Shown one piece after another: positions 38,460 to 50,823 of a stretch of DNA of 64,000 nt (positions within the stretch are counted from its first letter, which is position 1; every line of letters starts with the position of its first letter). The DNA is from Microthyrium microscopicum. Its lineage: Eukaryota. The position numbers were made by a program, and so were the translations under genes. The stretch is from assembly GCA_010405405.1 (NCBI GenBank), contig MU004247.1, positions 62,001 through 126,000 on the forward strand, given 5' to 3'. Below the pieces are notes generated by a model, which was not told where the DNA came from, searched no databases, and saw only the letters and a list, made by a program, of their open reading frames with translations.

Positions 38460-40051
38460 ATGCTCCTAAGTCAGGAACTGAGTTTAGACAAGTCACTGAG
38501 CCTTCCATGGGAAATCTGGAGGGAGACCCTGATTTCCGCAGTGAGAGCTCGCTCTTTGGAGCGTGCTTTACGATTGAAGCTTGTCTGCAGTGGGTCTTTC
38601 AGCTGAGCTCATATATAGCTCATATATAGGTACTCTGCTCGCCAACTGACGGGCAGCTTCCGGGATTCTTCGCCGCAGATATCGACCATGCAACCGTTGC
38701 AAGTGGTATTCTGCATCAGGTTCATGATGAAGAATACAAAACACGTGGAAGAGAATTGTCCGGGCTTCTGCGCAGTTCCCTCGGTCCCCTATTCAACTTA
38801 TCTGCAACAAGTAGTCATAAAGACGCCACTCAGCCGCGAGCAGGACTGGTTAAATGCGTAGATATAATATCGTCCCGACACGACTCACAAGAGCCACAGA
38901 TTCAACGCAACTATTACATTAAACGACTTTACGAATTGGCATCTTCGCACATCCCGTGTTACGGATCGAAAGCCAAGTACAACCCAACCATGAACTTGTT
39001 TGTGGCGGCCATATACCTGGATAGCTACCCGCTAGTAGACGAAATAATTGACCAAGTCATTCAAAATATCACCCATATGGGCAGCATGTACAGTTCAATA
39101 TTCGGTTGTGCTATGAAGACAACAGTAAATATAGCCGCATTAAGGTTCTTGGGCTTCTTCATGGTAAGATAGTCACCTGTCCGACTATTCGGGACGCTAA
39201 ATCGAAGGTTATGCTATCAAAGCAGAGAAACCAGTTCATCACATATCGAAACGGCCACTCTGAAGTTGTAGACTTGTTGATCAGTGACCGTTGGGCTCCT
39301 TATAACGTAGCGTGTTGGCATCGAAGATCTGACCCGATCGACAAAGCCTTGTGTAAGCTTCCCATGTACAACCGTCCTACAAGGGTGATCTTCATACTCA
39401 ACATCACGAATGTAGGACTGTCTGATAGGTCCATGCTTGTTGTTATAAGTTGTTTATGCTAATGGTGCTCAAGTAACCCCGAAGATACCAATCTTCAATA
39501 AGATCATAGAGTTCCGAAAACGCTTTTTCTACGAAGCGATCCCTTTGGAGGTATTAGAGCATACGGCGCGCAATTGCATAATTTTGAAGAATCAAGGAAT
39601 GCTAGAAATGCTTGGCTGGTTGTTGCATAATCAACTTCGCGAAGCTAGCATGAATTTCTATCCCAGTGCTGTTAAGCTGGCTTCTCACCTGGGCAAGATA
39701 GATCCCTTGCAACTGCTTTTGAACTTAGCACCACCGAACTTAGATTTTCCTGGGTTCATTGTTCTCGCTGCGCGGCGAGGGAGTTTTCAGTGTGTCAAGG
39801 TGCTTCTTGAGCACAAGCAAGCCGTTGGTGAACAGCCCCAAGGCTGGGGCTCTCCGCAGTCTCCGCTTCCATCAGCCATCGTTTCCTCAATTGCTCTAGA
39901 GCATACAAGACTGTTTCACCTCCTGTGCAAGTTCCAAGCCGAGGCTGACAGAGACGGGACGCACAAGTTGGCTGGTCATTGCGCCGAAAGTGAAGAATTG
40001 CACTCGATGGCAGGACTTGTGGAGACTACAACATACCCAAATGGCGATTAA
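38460..40051 (+). pseudogene. Probably disrupted F-box-like / ankyrin-like repeat gene
   Basis: N-terminal LSLPWEIWRETLISAVRARSLERALRLKLVC; ankyrin-like pieces (NGHSEVVDLLI, AARRGSFQCVKVLLEH) spread over different frames, without obvious introns at the shifts. Confidence 0.5.
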
Positions 40052-40341
40052 AAGCAAGGCATAACAGCGTAAGCGAGGCTGTGACTGTTCGTTTAGAGTA
40101 TATCGATGCTTGGTGGCTTTCCACCAATGTGTTAGTTAGTAATAATAGAAGGAATGTGGAAAATGTTCTCCATATTCTCATCAAGTGTGTTGATCAATTG
40201 TACCTACATCCTATCTGCGAGAGCCGGCCTCCAGGAGCAAAATGCTATGTTGGTGCAATGACGGGCTCTGAACGGGTACTGTCGTCTCCGAAAACGGTGA
40301 GAAACTGCTGAAGACATTGCTCCATGTGTTTTCGGGCCATA

Positions 40342-42453
40342 TCACCCACCAAGCAACGGAAAGCTGTGCCATACTTCCGTCCAGTCCAGGCCTACACAAG
40401 CATCGTCGCCCCAAACCTTGCAGACAACCTCTGCAACATCGACTTCCAAAGGCTTTTGCTCCGGCGGTATTAATCTAGTCTTTGGAGTCACATCCTCCAC
40501 CATCAAGTCATCCCTCCTATCATCTCTTGGGTTTCTCTCCAACCACCAACAGCGAGTGATCTGGTAGATAATCTGATCAAACCCAATCGGATATGGTCTG
40601 TCAGGCTCAAATTCACAAGCTCCTATAGAATCGACCTGCAATATATCCAATGTCCTGCTTTCAATGGCTTTGAAGATTGCTCGTGCGAGTGTTTCATCTA
40701 GGGCTGCGTTGATGAGGCCATTGCAGAGGTGACCTATACGGGGAAAGCGCCAAAAAGGGGCCTCGTTACGCAGAAAGACTCTTTGCTCCGATGAATCAAA
40801 AGAAGGATCATTTGGAAGATCATTTTCGTATTCCCTAAATCCATCCTCTTCGTATTCTATCCCTGGTGCGATGTAAGAGGCGTCAAGCGTCAAGAATAGC
40901 TTTCGGACTTGTGGTATAGAACCCAATGCTCTGTAGATTGCCACCTCTGCGGCATCGCCTTTGGATCTGGGGATAGTTATAGATAGTGATTGCAGAACGG
41001 GGCAAGATTTGGCAATAGCTTCTACATCGTGAATAGAGACGGCAAAGAATTCTGATTTTGGGCGTAAGCTCAAGACAAGATTGACAAGAGTGGCGCCATG
41101 TTGATTGAGAGTGGCGGTAAGTAGGTCAGAGCGTAGGTCGGCCATGATACGAATGTCTTCGAGAGGCCGAAGGCTGCGGATAAAGGTGCAGAAAGCTTGG
41201 TGTTCAGCTATTGCTTCAGGTTTAGGCAACTCTACACGACCAATCCATAGTATCAACGTCTCTAAGGATGAAAAGGTGCAATTGTTGGCCAGTTCCAGAA
41301 ATGTTGCTTCATCAATGGAAGTGTTTGTGAGTTGGAGAGTCTTCAAGCATGATATATCAATGAGATCACGCCATTCTAGAAATCGTGTGACGTCTCCCAG
41401 GCTAGGCCCATCTAGCACCAGTCGCTGAAGCTTCCCACCTTTTGAAGCTTTTGCAGCATTTTTCAGGGGATCTCTACGTTGCTGTAAAAACGCCCTTTCA
41501 ATGACATAAGCTGATGGAAGGTATGGATAATCTTCATCGGACCGCGCGTAGGGAAGTGTCTGTCGATAGAGACAAAGTTCCTGAATGTTTGGTGCAAGTC
41601 CAGAAGCAATTGCCTGAATTATTTTATAGGTCTCCTGTTCAATTTTCAGTCCAGCACCATGTATTCCGCATGTCAGACCAGCGAGGCATGGTGATGTGGC
41701 AGTGTCTACGTCATTTTCGTGAACCGAATTCCTTGCCACCTGATAGATGTTGATGTAGACCGTGCAAGAATTCGGAGAGGCTTCCAAGGCCATTCTAACA
41801 CATCGAGGCAGTTGACGGGGATAGTTCCAATTGAGTCTAATAGCTCGATTTGCTCCAAGCAAGGCGATGAAATCAGCCAACGGCCGCCAATTGTCCTCGT
41901 GTTGGTTGAGATCATATTGGTAGTTAGCTGGTCTGGAATTTTCGGAATGTTTTGTGATCAAGTCTTTTGCGTGCTTGAAGTTTTCCTCAATATTATAATA
42001 GAAGCCCAGAGGTTCGTAGTGTTCTTTCCCCCACAGGCCAGATTTTATACGACGCGATGGACCTCTGCACTCTATGTGCAGATTCTTGATACATCGCGCA
42101 ACATTTGGTGGCAAGCGGTATAGAGCTTTCAGGATATCTCCTTCTATTCTGTGGTCTGTCCCGGGTAGTGTGATTGATATATCACGGAAAAGGAACTCGA
42201 CCGCACATAGATATAGACTGCGACTGACCAGTGCTACTGAGCGTAAGCTGGACCTATGGGACTCGTTTAGATAAGATAGGATGATCAAGACAATATCGTT
42301 GGGAATGTTGGATAAATTCCGATAAGCCATGGTGCTGGCTGAGCGTCCCAACTGCAAGACACCCTTGAATTCCCTGGTGCCCCTGAAGAGAGCCATGTTT
42401 ACAACGCCATCATAATCATATCTACTGGCAGCTGTACGCCGATTGTACGCCAT
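40342..42453 (-). CDS. F-box-like plus leucine-rich-repeat-like protein
   Basis: Long intact ORF; LSNIPNDIVLIILSYL...LRSVALVSRSLY F-box-like motif; LxxLxL repeats (LKTLQL, LETLIL, CPVLQSLSI). Start at 42453 or 42330. Confidence 0.75.
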   Translation of the reverse strand: MAYNRRTAASRYDYDGVVNMALFRGTREFKGVLQLGRSASTMAYRNLSNIPNDIVLIILSYLNESHRSSLRSVALVSRSLYLCAVEFLFRDISITLPGTDHRIEGDILKALYRLPPNVARCIKNLHIECRGPSRRIKSGLWGKEHYEPLGFYYNIEENFKHAKDLITKHSENSRPANYQYDLNQHEDNWRPLADFIALLGANRAIRLNWNYPRQLPRCVRMALEASPNSCTVYINIYQVARNSVHENDVDTATSPCLAGLTCGIHGAGLKIEQETYKIIQAIASGLAPNIQELCLYRQTLPYARSDEDYPYLPSAYVIERAFLQQRRDPLKNAAKASKGGKLQRLVLDGPSLGDVTRFLEWRDLIDISCLKTLQLTNTSIDEATFLELANNCTFSSLETLILWIGRVELPKPEAIAEHQAFCTFIRSLRPLEDIRIMADLRSDLLTATLNQHGATLVNLVLSLRPKSEFFAVSIHDVEAIAKSCPVLQSLSITIPRSKGDAAEVAIYRALGSIPQVRKLFLTLDASYIAPGIEYEEDGFREYENDLPNDPSFDSSEQRVFLRNEAPFWRFPRIGHLCNGLINAALDETLARAIFKAIESRTLDILQVDSIGACEFEPDRPYPIGFDQIIYQITRCWWLERNPRDDRRDDLMVEDVTPKTRLIPPEQKPLEVDVAEVVCKVWGDDACVGLDWTEVWHSFPLLGG

Positions 42454-42960
42454 TATCAAATTGAATAGGAAATATATCACGGACAATGGCGGAACCTTAT
42501 GAAAATGGATAAACAATGGAAGAAAGGAGGTGAAGTTGAGTTGAATGGAGCTAAGCTGAGTTGAAAAGAAAAAGCAGGGGTCTATCTTGACATGGTCTGG
42601 TGGTCCAAGCTCTTTCCTCTCAAAGTTCAGTCCGCAAACCTTAAACACGACAATAGCTCCATCACCATCAAAATAACCACAAGATTCCCTCTTCCTCCAA
42701 ATAACTCGCCTTCTCTACTCACGCTCCATTTCCTCTGGATGTCTTCGCCACGTATCTAGTCAAATACCGATTCTTTGTCGTACTGCATGCTTTTTGTTCC
42801 TACCAGCAGCTAGTGTTGTCGCGCGCGCGACCTTGTCTTGCCTGCCACTAACGAAAATCAGACTCGAGTCTCACCCATCAGCGCATAAAAACCGGGAGGC
42901 TTCGCAATACTACTACGTACTGAAGCGTAGGGACGCGAAGTTCATCACAATACCTTTATC

Positions 42961-45900
42961 ATGGCCACCCCTCAGCGCCCTCTCCCCGGCGCTTTCTTGA
43001 ACACGCCCGCGCCAGTTAGACCTCAAGTCGCGGCTCAACGACCACCTGCTTTCCGACTCCCATCAAATCCTGGCCTACCCAAGTCTTCGGGGCAGGTCAT
43101 GGCTACGAATACTACAGGAAATGCGTCAAATTTGACTCCTGGCGCGCTCTCTACCACACGCACCACGGCCAACCAAAAGCCTATACAACGAGCTGCCGCC
43201 AGAATGAATCAGGCGTCAGCAATTCAACTTCGATTTCCGGCGCTGGATGACTACATAATACGTAAGTTTGGACTATAGAGTACATGACTTAAAGCTAACA
43301 AGCCTTGTAGAGGGAGTATCATCGGATTATGAGCAACCAACTTCGCAATCGTGGGCCCCATTCGAGAAGACGAAAACATACGATATTCCCGAGCGCATTT
43401 TCGAACAAGTGAATAATGCTCACATGTCGACAAAGCTTGGTATCTTCTCGCAACTACATCACGCTTGGGTCACTGTTGACAGTGTTCTCTACCTATGGGA
43501 CTATACCCACCCAAATCCCGAACTCATCGGTTACGACGAGCTCTCGCAAACTATTGTCGAAGTACAACTGGCAAAACCAAAACCTGGTGTTTTCAGAGAG
43601 GAGATCACTCACGTCCTACTGATCGCGACAGTGGGAGAGATTGCGATTTTGGCTTTGGCTGCTAACAAAAGTCCGGAAGGCGTCATGAGCGTCAGTCTGT
43701 ATCAAACAGATCTCCGAATCTCGTTAAAGGGATATGCGGTGACCCAGATTGCGTCGTGCCCCAAGACAGGCCGCGTGTTTTTTGGATGCAAGAACTCCTC
43801 AGATCTTTTTGAGATCTCATATCAAAAAGAAGAAAAGTGGTTTCTGAACAAATGCGGAAAGATCAACCATACATCGCAAGATGTTACTACAGTTGCTTCG
43901 CCCCTCAATCTTTGGAACATTGTTTCTTCCACTGTCTCGGGGCAAGCTTCAACTGTTGACTACATCCGCCAAATTGAAGTAGACAGTACGCGCGATGTCA
44001 TCTACGTGTTGTACTCAAGCTCCACTATTCAAGTCTTTCATATGAGTGGAGAGTACAAACTCACAAAAGTCATTCATAAACGACAAAACGAATTGATGAG
44101 CAATGTTGCCCACATGGTTCCACGGTCCAACACCAACTGGAAGCTTTTCCCGAACAGTCAGTACATTGCGTCTTTACAAGCAATTCCTCGTACAGAATCC
44201 TCTCGACTCGCTCTTCTCGCCACCACTGGCACTGGTGTACGTATGTACCTCAGTGTTACTTCAGGTTATAGTGCTAGCAGCATGTGGGAAAGCGCAGCTG
44301 TTCCGTCCAGCATGCAAATACATCACATTAAATTCCCACCGCCACCTGCCAATCCCCCATCAACGAATCCTGCCGCTGGCAACAACATGGCGATGATAAG
44401 TAGTTCTCTACACGGAGTTGATACAGAGTCGATGGCGTTAACAACCACTATTAGAGCATCGCGCTTCTCACCAGGTTTCCAATTCTTCTTTGTAGGCAGA
44501 ACTGACCAGGCCGACCTTATCTACATATCGGCTCCGGATTCTGCGCGGCTGGGCCGACAAACTGACTCTGGTTCACCATCAAGATTCATCGAGACGGGAC
44601 AGTGGGTACCCTTGGGTGCCAACGTGGAAGGCGTTGGTCTTTCATCGCCTGCTTTCGCTGCAAATACCAATCCTGCGGGCTTCGGAAATGAGATGGCTGT
44701 TCAATTTGATCAGTCAGCTACCGAAGTTGCAGTACTCACCAATTCGGGAATACACACCTTTCGTCGCCGTCGCTTAGTCGATACGTTTGCCGCTGCACTA
44801 AAAGACTGTGCGACTGAGGAAGATTTCGATAACGTAGTAAAGAAATTTGTGCGAAATTATGGACGTCAAGAAACTGTAGCGTCAGCATTGGGCGTAGCCT
44901 GTGGGCAAGCAACAGACACGTCGACAGATTCGAGTTTAGCGGACCCGGAAGTACTCAATTATGCGCGGCGAACTGTCATTGAACACGGTGGAAAACCTGA
45001 TCTAGGTGATTTGTTGGATCCGAGCCAAGCTTCCCTAGACAATGTCCGGATATCATCGAGAGCTGAAGCATTGATACTGTACACCACTCGCCTTGTGCGG
45101 TCAGTATGGACAGCAAAGGTGATTCAAGAGGGCAAAACACCAGCTGGTGGTATCACCATTGCTTCTACCACATCCATGCAGAAGCTACAGTCTGTAACAG
45201 CAGCTCTCATAGCTCTCAAGAACTTTTTGGATACCAATAAGACCTCCATTTCTGGAATGAGTGGGGCGGAAGAAATGAACCGCATAGCATCCATAACAGA
45301 CCGGACCGCTTTGCAAGCCGAGCATCGAATTCTTGACGCGCAAGTCAAGACCATTTCCAACATTATCGAGGGCATTGCTTTCCTAACTCAACTTTTTGAC
45401 AATCGCGTTGACGAGACTTTCCTCTCGTTGGACGAACCACTTCGAGAAAAATTCAGACAGCTCACGTACGAAGTCCTTTTCACCCTGGATGAGGGCAAAG
45501 ACCTTGCCAAGGAGCTTGTCAAGGCGATTGTGAACCGAAGCATTGCTGCTGGATCTAATGTCGAAACTGTGGCGGACGCCTTGCAGCGACGATGTGGCTC
45601 TTTCTGTAGCACTGACGATGTCATCATTTTCAAAGCTCAAGAGAACCTGCAAAAAGCTACTGATGCAGGAGCAGAGTCGCCAACCGCCCGAACGCTACTC
45701 AATAGTAGCCTGGACCAGTTTAAAAAGGTCGCAGGCACTCTTTCGACTCCTTATCTTCAAGCTGCTGTCGATCAGTACCTCAACCTTCAGTTTTTCGCTG
45801 GTAAGCTTTATCGTCAACTCACAGTCTTCTGGTGCTAATTAATGCTAGGTGCTATACAACTGTGTCTCGAAGTAGCTCATAAACGAGATGAAGCAAACCG

Positions 45901-47298
45901 CGCTTTAGCCTGGATCAAAGATGGCCAACCTCAACGAGATGAGCGTGAAGAAAAATACAACGATCGTATCAATTGTTACCAGCAGATCTGGCGTATCATT
46001 GAAGCAGCTGATGCGATTCCCGTGCCTGCTGCCAATGACACACTCACAGGTATCAACATGCGGCGAAAAGAAGAAGTATATAACGTCATCGATCTATCCA
46101 CAGACGAAGTATTTCAAAACTGCCTCTACGACTGGTATCTGTCCAAGAATTGGTCGCATCGACTGCTGGATCTCAAATCGCCGTTTGTTGTTGCGTACTT
46201 GAAGCGAAAGTTCGAGCACGACTCAAATGCAGCGGAACTGCTATGGAAATACTATGTTCATCATCATGAGTATTTCGAGGCGGCCAAGATTCAGCTTCAG
46301 CTTGCGAAGAGCGGCTTCGCTATCGATCTGCAAACTCGGATTGAATATCTAAGCAGAGCTAAAGCAAATGCTTCCACGCGAATGTCAACATTCGGACGAG
46401 TAAATAGCTCAAAACAAGAGGTCATTCGTGAAATCACCGATCAGCTTGATTGTGCAAGCGTTCAACTAGACGCCTTCCGTAAGCTCGAAGAAGATACTCG
46501 CTTAGTGGAACCAAATCGAAGCAAGGTTCTCAAACAACTTAACGGTCCAGTCATGTCACTAGACGAAGTAAGTCTTTTACAATCTCCAAGAATCCTCCAG
46601 CAACTAACCATGTCCAGCTCTACAACAGCTATGTATCACTCGCCGGATACTTTGACCTCGCCCTCATCATCTTCCAACTCAGCGACTACCGCAACACCGC
46701 CGAAATAACCTCCACCTGGCTCAATATGATCAACGACGTACACCAAGCAGCACTGAACGAGAAGACTGTGGAGCCATACATAAAAGTGCAAGAATGTGTT
46801 CGTCGACTCGGTATTCGCGTGCACTGCTCCGAAATCGTCTTCCAACCCCGTAAGATTTTTCCCCATTCCCACTTACCCTCCTTGACTAACGCACGTTCAC
46901 CAGATACCGTCCTCCAAATCCTAATAGACTACAACCAAGGCCCCGAAGGCCGCCACTCAGTAGACTCCCAAATGAACGGCCCACGCACTTGGCCCGTCGA
47001 ACTGCTCCTCGAACTCGGCATTCCCATCGACACCATCCTCATCGCCCTCGAAGCCCTCCTCTTTGACGACACATCCTCTTCGCCACAAAAACGCCGCACC
47101 ATCGCTGATCTAGTCTGCTACGTATCCAACAAATGGCTCGTCGAAAGCGAAGCATCCGGCACGCCAGTGGGCGGCGAGGAGGCGTTGGAAGTCGTTGCTG
47201 GGGTTATGGAGGGCGTGTTGGAGAGTGGTGTGATGGGGCAGGCCGGTGGATTGGGGGCGGCGAGGGAGGTTTTGGAGAGGGTTAGATATTTAAGGTGA
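42961..47298 (+). CDS. NUP170: Non-repetitive nucleoporin Nup170/Nup157 (Nup155 family)
   Basis: IPERIFEQVN, HAWVTVDSVLYLWDY, YQKEEKWF, GFGNEMAVQF, LQRRCGSFCSTDDV, RIEYLSRA; four short introns. Confidence 0.95.
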
Positions 47299-47649
47299 AA
47301 AGAGGTGTTGGATGAGCCACTGGAAGGGTGGTTTGTACTGTAGATTGCATAGCAGACGGGGATGAGGATGAGGATAATAAGAGCGTTGCTATTGTGTTAT
47401 TACTACGTTATGGGTCCACTGATGTGATAATTTTGCATGATCTCTTGATTCATCATGCTATTTATGCTGGAATCGTGGGGGAACGGCTTTGTCCTGATAA
47501 CCACTACTCCTCGTGTCATCGTCCAAGAATCCAGGCCACTTGCTCATACTTCCGACTCAGCAAGTATCATACATCCCATCGCCATCACCCTACCGACACA
47601 TCATCCTCACTCACAGCTCCACCACCTTCCTCATCCACATCCGTAATAC

Positions 47650-49407
47650 CTACCTCCACGGACTACTCGCATTACTAAAATCAACCGTCTCGTAATCCAT
47701 CTCCCACTCATCTACAGCCGCAAACTTATCACGCATCTTCGCCATTGACTGTGCGCGGTCTGCATCCTCCACTATCGTACTTTCATCCTGCACCACTGTA
47801 CTCTCGTCTTGGTCTGGGCCGAACGTGTCATCGGCGTCGGAAGGTGCGTTCTCCTTGTCTTCGCGAGGACGGCCGTATTTGCGGAGAGGAGTTTTGCCTT
47901 TACTCGTTGTATCCTTGGCTTTAACACTTTTACCCGCGGTGTCTTTAGTCGCTGCACTCTTGGCGCGTGGCTGCGGCACAGTACGTTTAGCCACCAACGG
48001 CGCACGCACAGGGACCTTTCGACGTGTTCCACGACGGACTGGCGTGGGTTCGTCGGGGACGGACGTGTCGGAGCCAGCATCGCTGGCGGGTGGATCGGAG
48101 AGGATGGTGGTGTCAGAGTTGAGGTCGTAGACTGTATCTTTGGCGTTGCGGGGAAGATGGCGTGGGCGACGAGTCCGTGGGAGGAGAGAGGTTAGTTCTA
48201 GGGTGGAGATGTTGACGGCATGGGGGGTGGCGTTGTGATCCTCACTACTAGGAGACGAAGGTGGTGTGGAGAGGAGGGAGCTGCTTGGGATTGCGAGGAG
48301 GGCGGATTCGTTAGGGAGGGCGGTGGTTGGGGAGTCGATGGAGGACTGAGAGGGTTCTACTTCATCAATTGGTTGTGGGGCCGAATCAGCGATTACGGAT
48401 ATTGATGAGTGTGCCTGGCCGGCTCCTGGTAGATCTGATTCTGATGAAGGTTCCTGTGGCATCGCTAATGGAGAAGGCGAGCGGACAACCTGTACTCCAG
48501 TATCTCCGAACTTGCGCTTTCGAGATCCAGAGCTTAGGACTTTCTCCGGGAATCGAGGCACTATGGTTGAATAATGCATAGGAGTGCTTTCATCATCCGG
48601 TTTGAAGTCTCCCAGTCCGAAATCTGTATCATCCAGATTCAACTCATCATCGAATTCATCTCCTAGATCTATCTCACTGGCCTCTACCATTTGTCGAATG
48701 ATACTGCCCTGTCGTTTCCGTCTCTTGAATTTTCCGAGTGCCAATATAGAAGACTCTCGTGCTGGCGTACCCAGTGCTCTTAGTGCTGACGCCGGTTGGA
48801 GAACGCTCGTTCGACGAGACACAGCAATGGCGCTCTGCTGTTCCTGGACTTGTTTCGCGACTCGGGTTCGAGATGCCTTGCCTCCGGGACTAACATCGAA
48901 TAGGTCAGACAGATAATTGTTGTTCTCTTTGTCCGCATCATTCTCTCGCAGATTCGGCTCTGGCTCAGTAGCAGCCACAATTTCCTGAGTGACTTGAACT
49001 GTTTCTGTTGCCACAACTGATATCGCATCTCTAGGCGCAGGAGAAGAAGTCGCATAGATCTGCGACCGCCCCACTCGAGTCCTATAATACTGCGCAGCCG
49101 CCGGTTTCGTAAATTCAGCTGGTGGTTTACTCGCTGGTACATCCGTCACTCCATCTTTCGGGCCTTCCTTCCGTGGAATAAACTGCACTGGCGCGTGGCC
49201 TTCCGGTAAAGCTCCAGTCATAACATATTCGTTCTCATCCTGAGCTTCGGATCCCTGTGAAGTTTTGCGCGTCGTTCTGCTGGATTTGCGCGTATTTGCG
49301 ACAGTGGCGGGTTGAGTGGTTGTTTTGGTGCTGGTAATACTCTTTTTCTCAGTGACGCGTTCTGTCGGTTGGGAAGAGCCGACTTTTGTGCGCTTAGGGC
49401 GCGGCAT
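47650..49407 (-). CDS. Disordered protein with KEN boxes and a Sororin-like C-terminal motif
   Basis: 585-aa intronless ORF; two KEN boxes (DKENNN, DKENAP); basic FKRRKRQ; C-terminus MAKMRDKFAAVDEWEMDYE. Confidence 0.65.
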   Translation of the reverse strand: MPRPKRTKVGSSQPTERVTEKKSITSTKTTTQPATVANTRKSSRTTRKTSQGSEAQDENEYVMTGALPEGHAPVQFIPRKEGPKDGVTDVPASKPPAEFTKPAAAQYYRTRVGRSQIYATSSPAPRDAISVVATETVQVTQEIVAATEPEPNLRENDADKENNNYLSDLFDVSPGGKASRTRVAKQVQEQQSAIAVSRRTSVLQPASALRALGTPARESSILALGKFKRRKRQGSIIRQMVEASEIDLGDEFDDELNLDDTDFGLGDFKPDDESTPMHYSTIVPRFPEKVLSSGSRKRKFGDTGVQVVRSPSPLAMPQEPSSESDLPGAGQAHSSISVIADSAPQPIDEVEPSQSSIDSPTTALPNESALLAIPSSSLLSTPPSSPSSEDHNATPHAVNISTLELTSLLPRTRRPRHLPRNAKDTVYDLNSDTTILSDPPASDAGSDTSVPDEPTPVRRGTRRKVPVRAPLVAKRTVPQPRAKSAATKDTAGKSVKAKDTTSKGKTPLRKYGRPREDKENAPSDADDTFGPDQDESTVVQDESTIVEDADRAQSMAKMRDKFAAVDEWEMDYETVDFSNASSPWR

Positions 49408-49974
49408 ATTAGCGTCGCAATTGTTTACTTGGAGTCGATAGGACCAGGGAGGATTTGTAGGCTATGAAATCTGATATCGTGGTGTTAATTCAATGTTGTG
49501 GTTGTTATGGAAAGGTCAAGGCGCGTGCTTTCCTTGTGTGGCTCAACATTTTCAGACGCGATCCTGGTAGGTGCACTAGTCTGTATTCGGCACCAATGCC
49601 ACGTGATTATGCTTATTCAGCTTCCTTATTCAGCTTCGAATCCAAAGTTTGGTGTGGCGACATCCGGAGTCCGGAGCCGCTGTGGATATCAGCAAATCTG
49701 GGGAACTCAAGGACCCTCTGTGCATGAAACTAGACCCCACTGCCGCAGCATCTCACGATAGAGCACTGATAGCTAGGAATAATCGCTCAATTAATTCGCC
49801 AATGCCTAGCCGAGTCTAAGATATATACGTAGCTCTAACCGCCCTTACCAAAAGACATACAGAACCCAACCCATTGCACGCCATGTCCAAATGCTCCCAT
49901 TCCCATGTCCAATCCATAGCATGCATTTTCCCTTCCATAAATCATCGCATCAAACATCACTCTAGCATCAACGC

Positions 49975-50328
49975 TTAAAGAAGATGTTCGCCCTTGACTT
50001 CCCGCTCGCCATCCGGAGAAAGCATGACGATGCCTGCGGTGGCAACGCTGCCTGCGAGCAGAGTGTATACGACACCAGCCCTGAACCCTTCGACACTAGC
50101 TTGTTGGGCAACGGCAGAGTGAGCGCGTTCAGCGACGGTGCGGACTGCTTCGCGTGCTTCGCTGACTGGGAAGGAGGCGGATTCAGCGGCTGAGTTTCGC
50201 ATGGCAGGTATGGTAGAGAAGGAGCGAGTGGTCTGGACAAGATGTGGTTAGTTTGTGTCTTTTGATGATTCGAGGGAGGAGGGACGTACAAGAGGAAGGC
50301 GGCGGGCGGCGACGCGGAATGCACTCAT
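49975..50328 (-). CDS. Small (~98 aa) putative mitochondrial membrane protein
   Basis: MSAFRVAARRLPL|TTRSFSTIPAMR (presequence-like); intron 50233-50289 GTACGT..CTAAC..CAG; C-terminal hydrophobic GVVYTLLAGSVATAGIVML. Confidence 0.7.
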
Positions 50329-50823
50329 TTTGAATGATTTAGTTGTTGTTTGGATTGTTTAATGTTTGAGGGATGTGGTGTTTATTTCACGGATTGAGGG
50401 AGGGCGTGAGAGATGCGATGTATTGTGGATGTAGGATGATGGTATGGTTGAGCGATGGTGAAAGTAGAAAAGTGAGTGAAAAGGACAGAAGATGAGGTGA
50501 AAGAACAGAAGGTTTAAAAACAGCGCAAACCGAGGCCAAGTAGTAACCAACCACACGATAGAAACATCAGGAACACATCAGGGGCAAGCCCAAAACCCTG
50601 GCTCCTCCTTTCTAAGATCCGGGGCGGTGTGAGGCTCATGCTTTGGGCTTGTTAAAATGTCACTGTATTAGGTTCTTTCCGTGGTCTTCAAGCACCTGGA
50701 AATAAAATATATCGGGTGCATTGTAGACGCTCCTGACATATCCACTCTCATCCGGTCCGATCTGAGTCTCGAACGAAAGATCGTCAGGTCTATTTCCATA
50801 ACTACAGCTCGTTTGGTGGCGAC

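Noticed and set aside
42454..42648. N-terminal 65 aa of the 768-aa ORF
   Set aside because: Begins at a non-ATG codon and looks like pyrimidine-rich UTR; the real start is likely 42453 or 42330.
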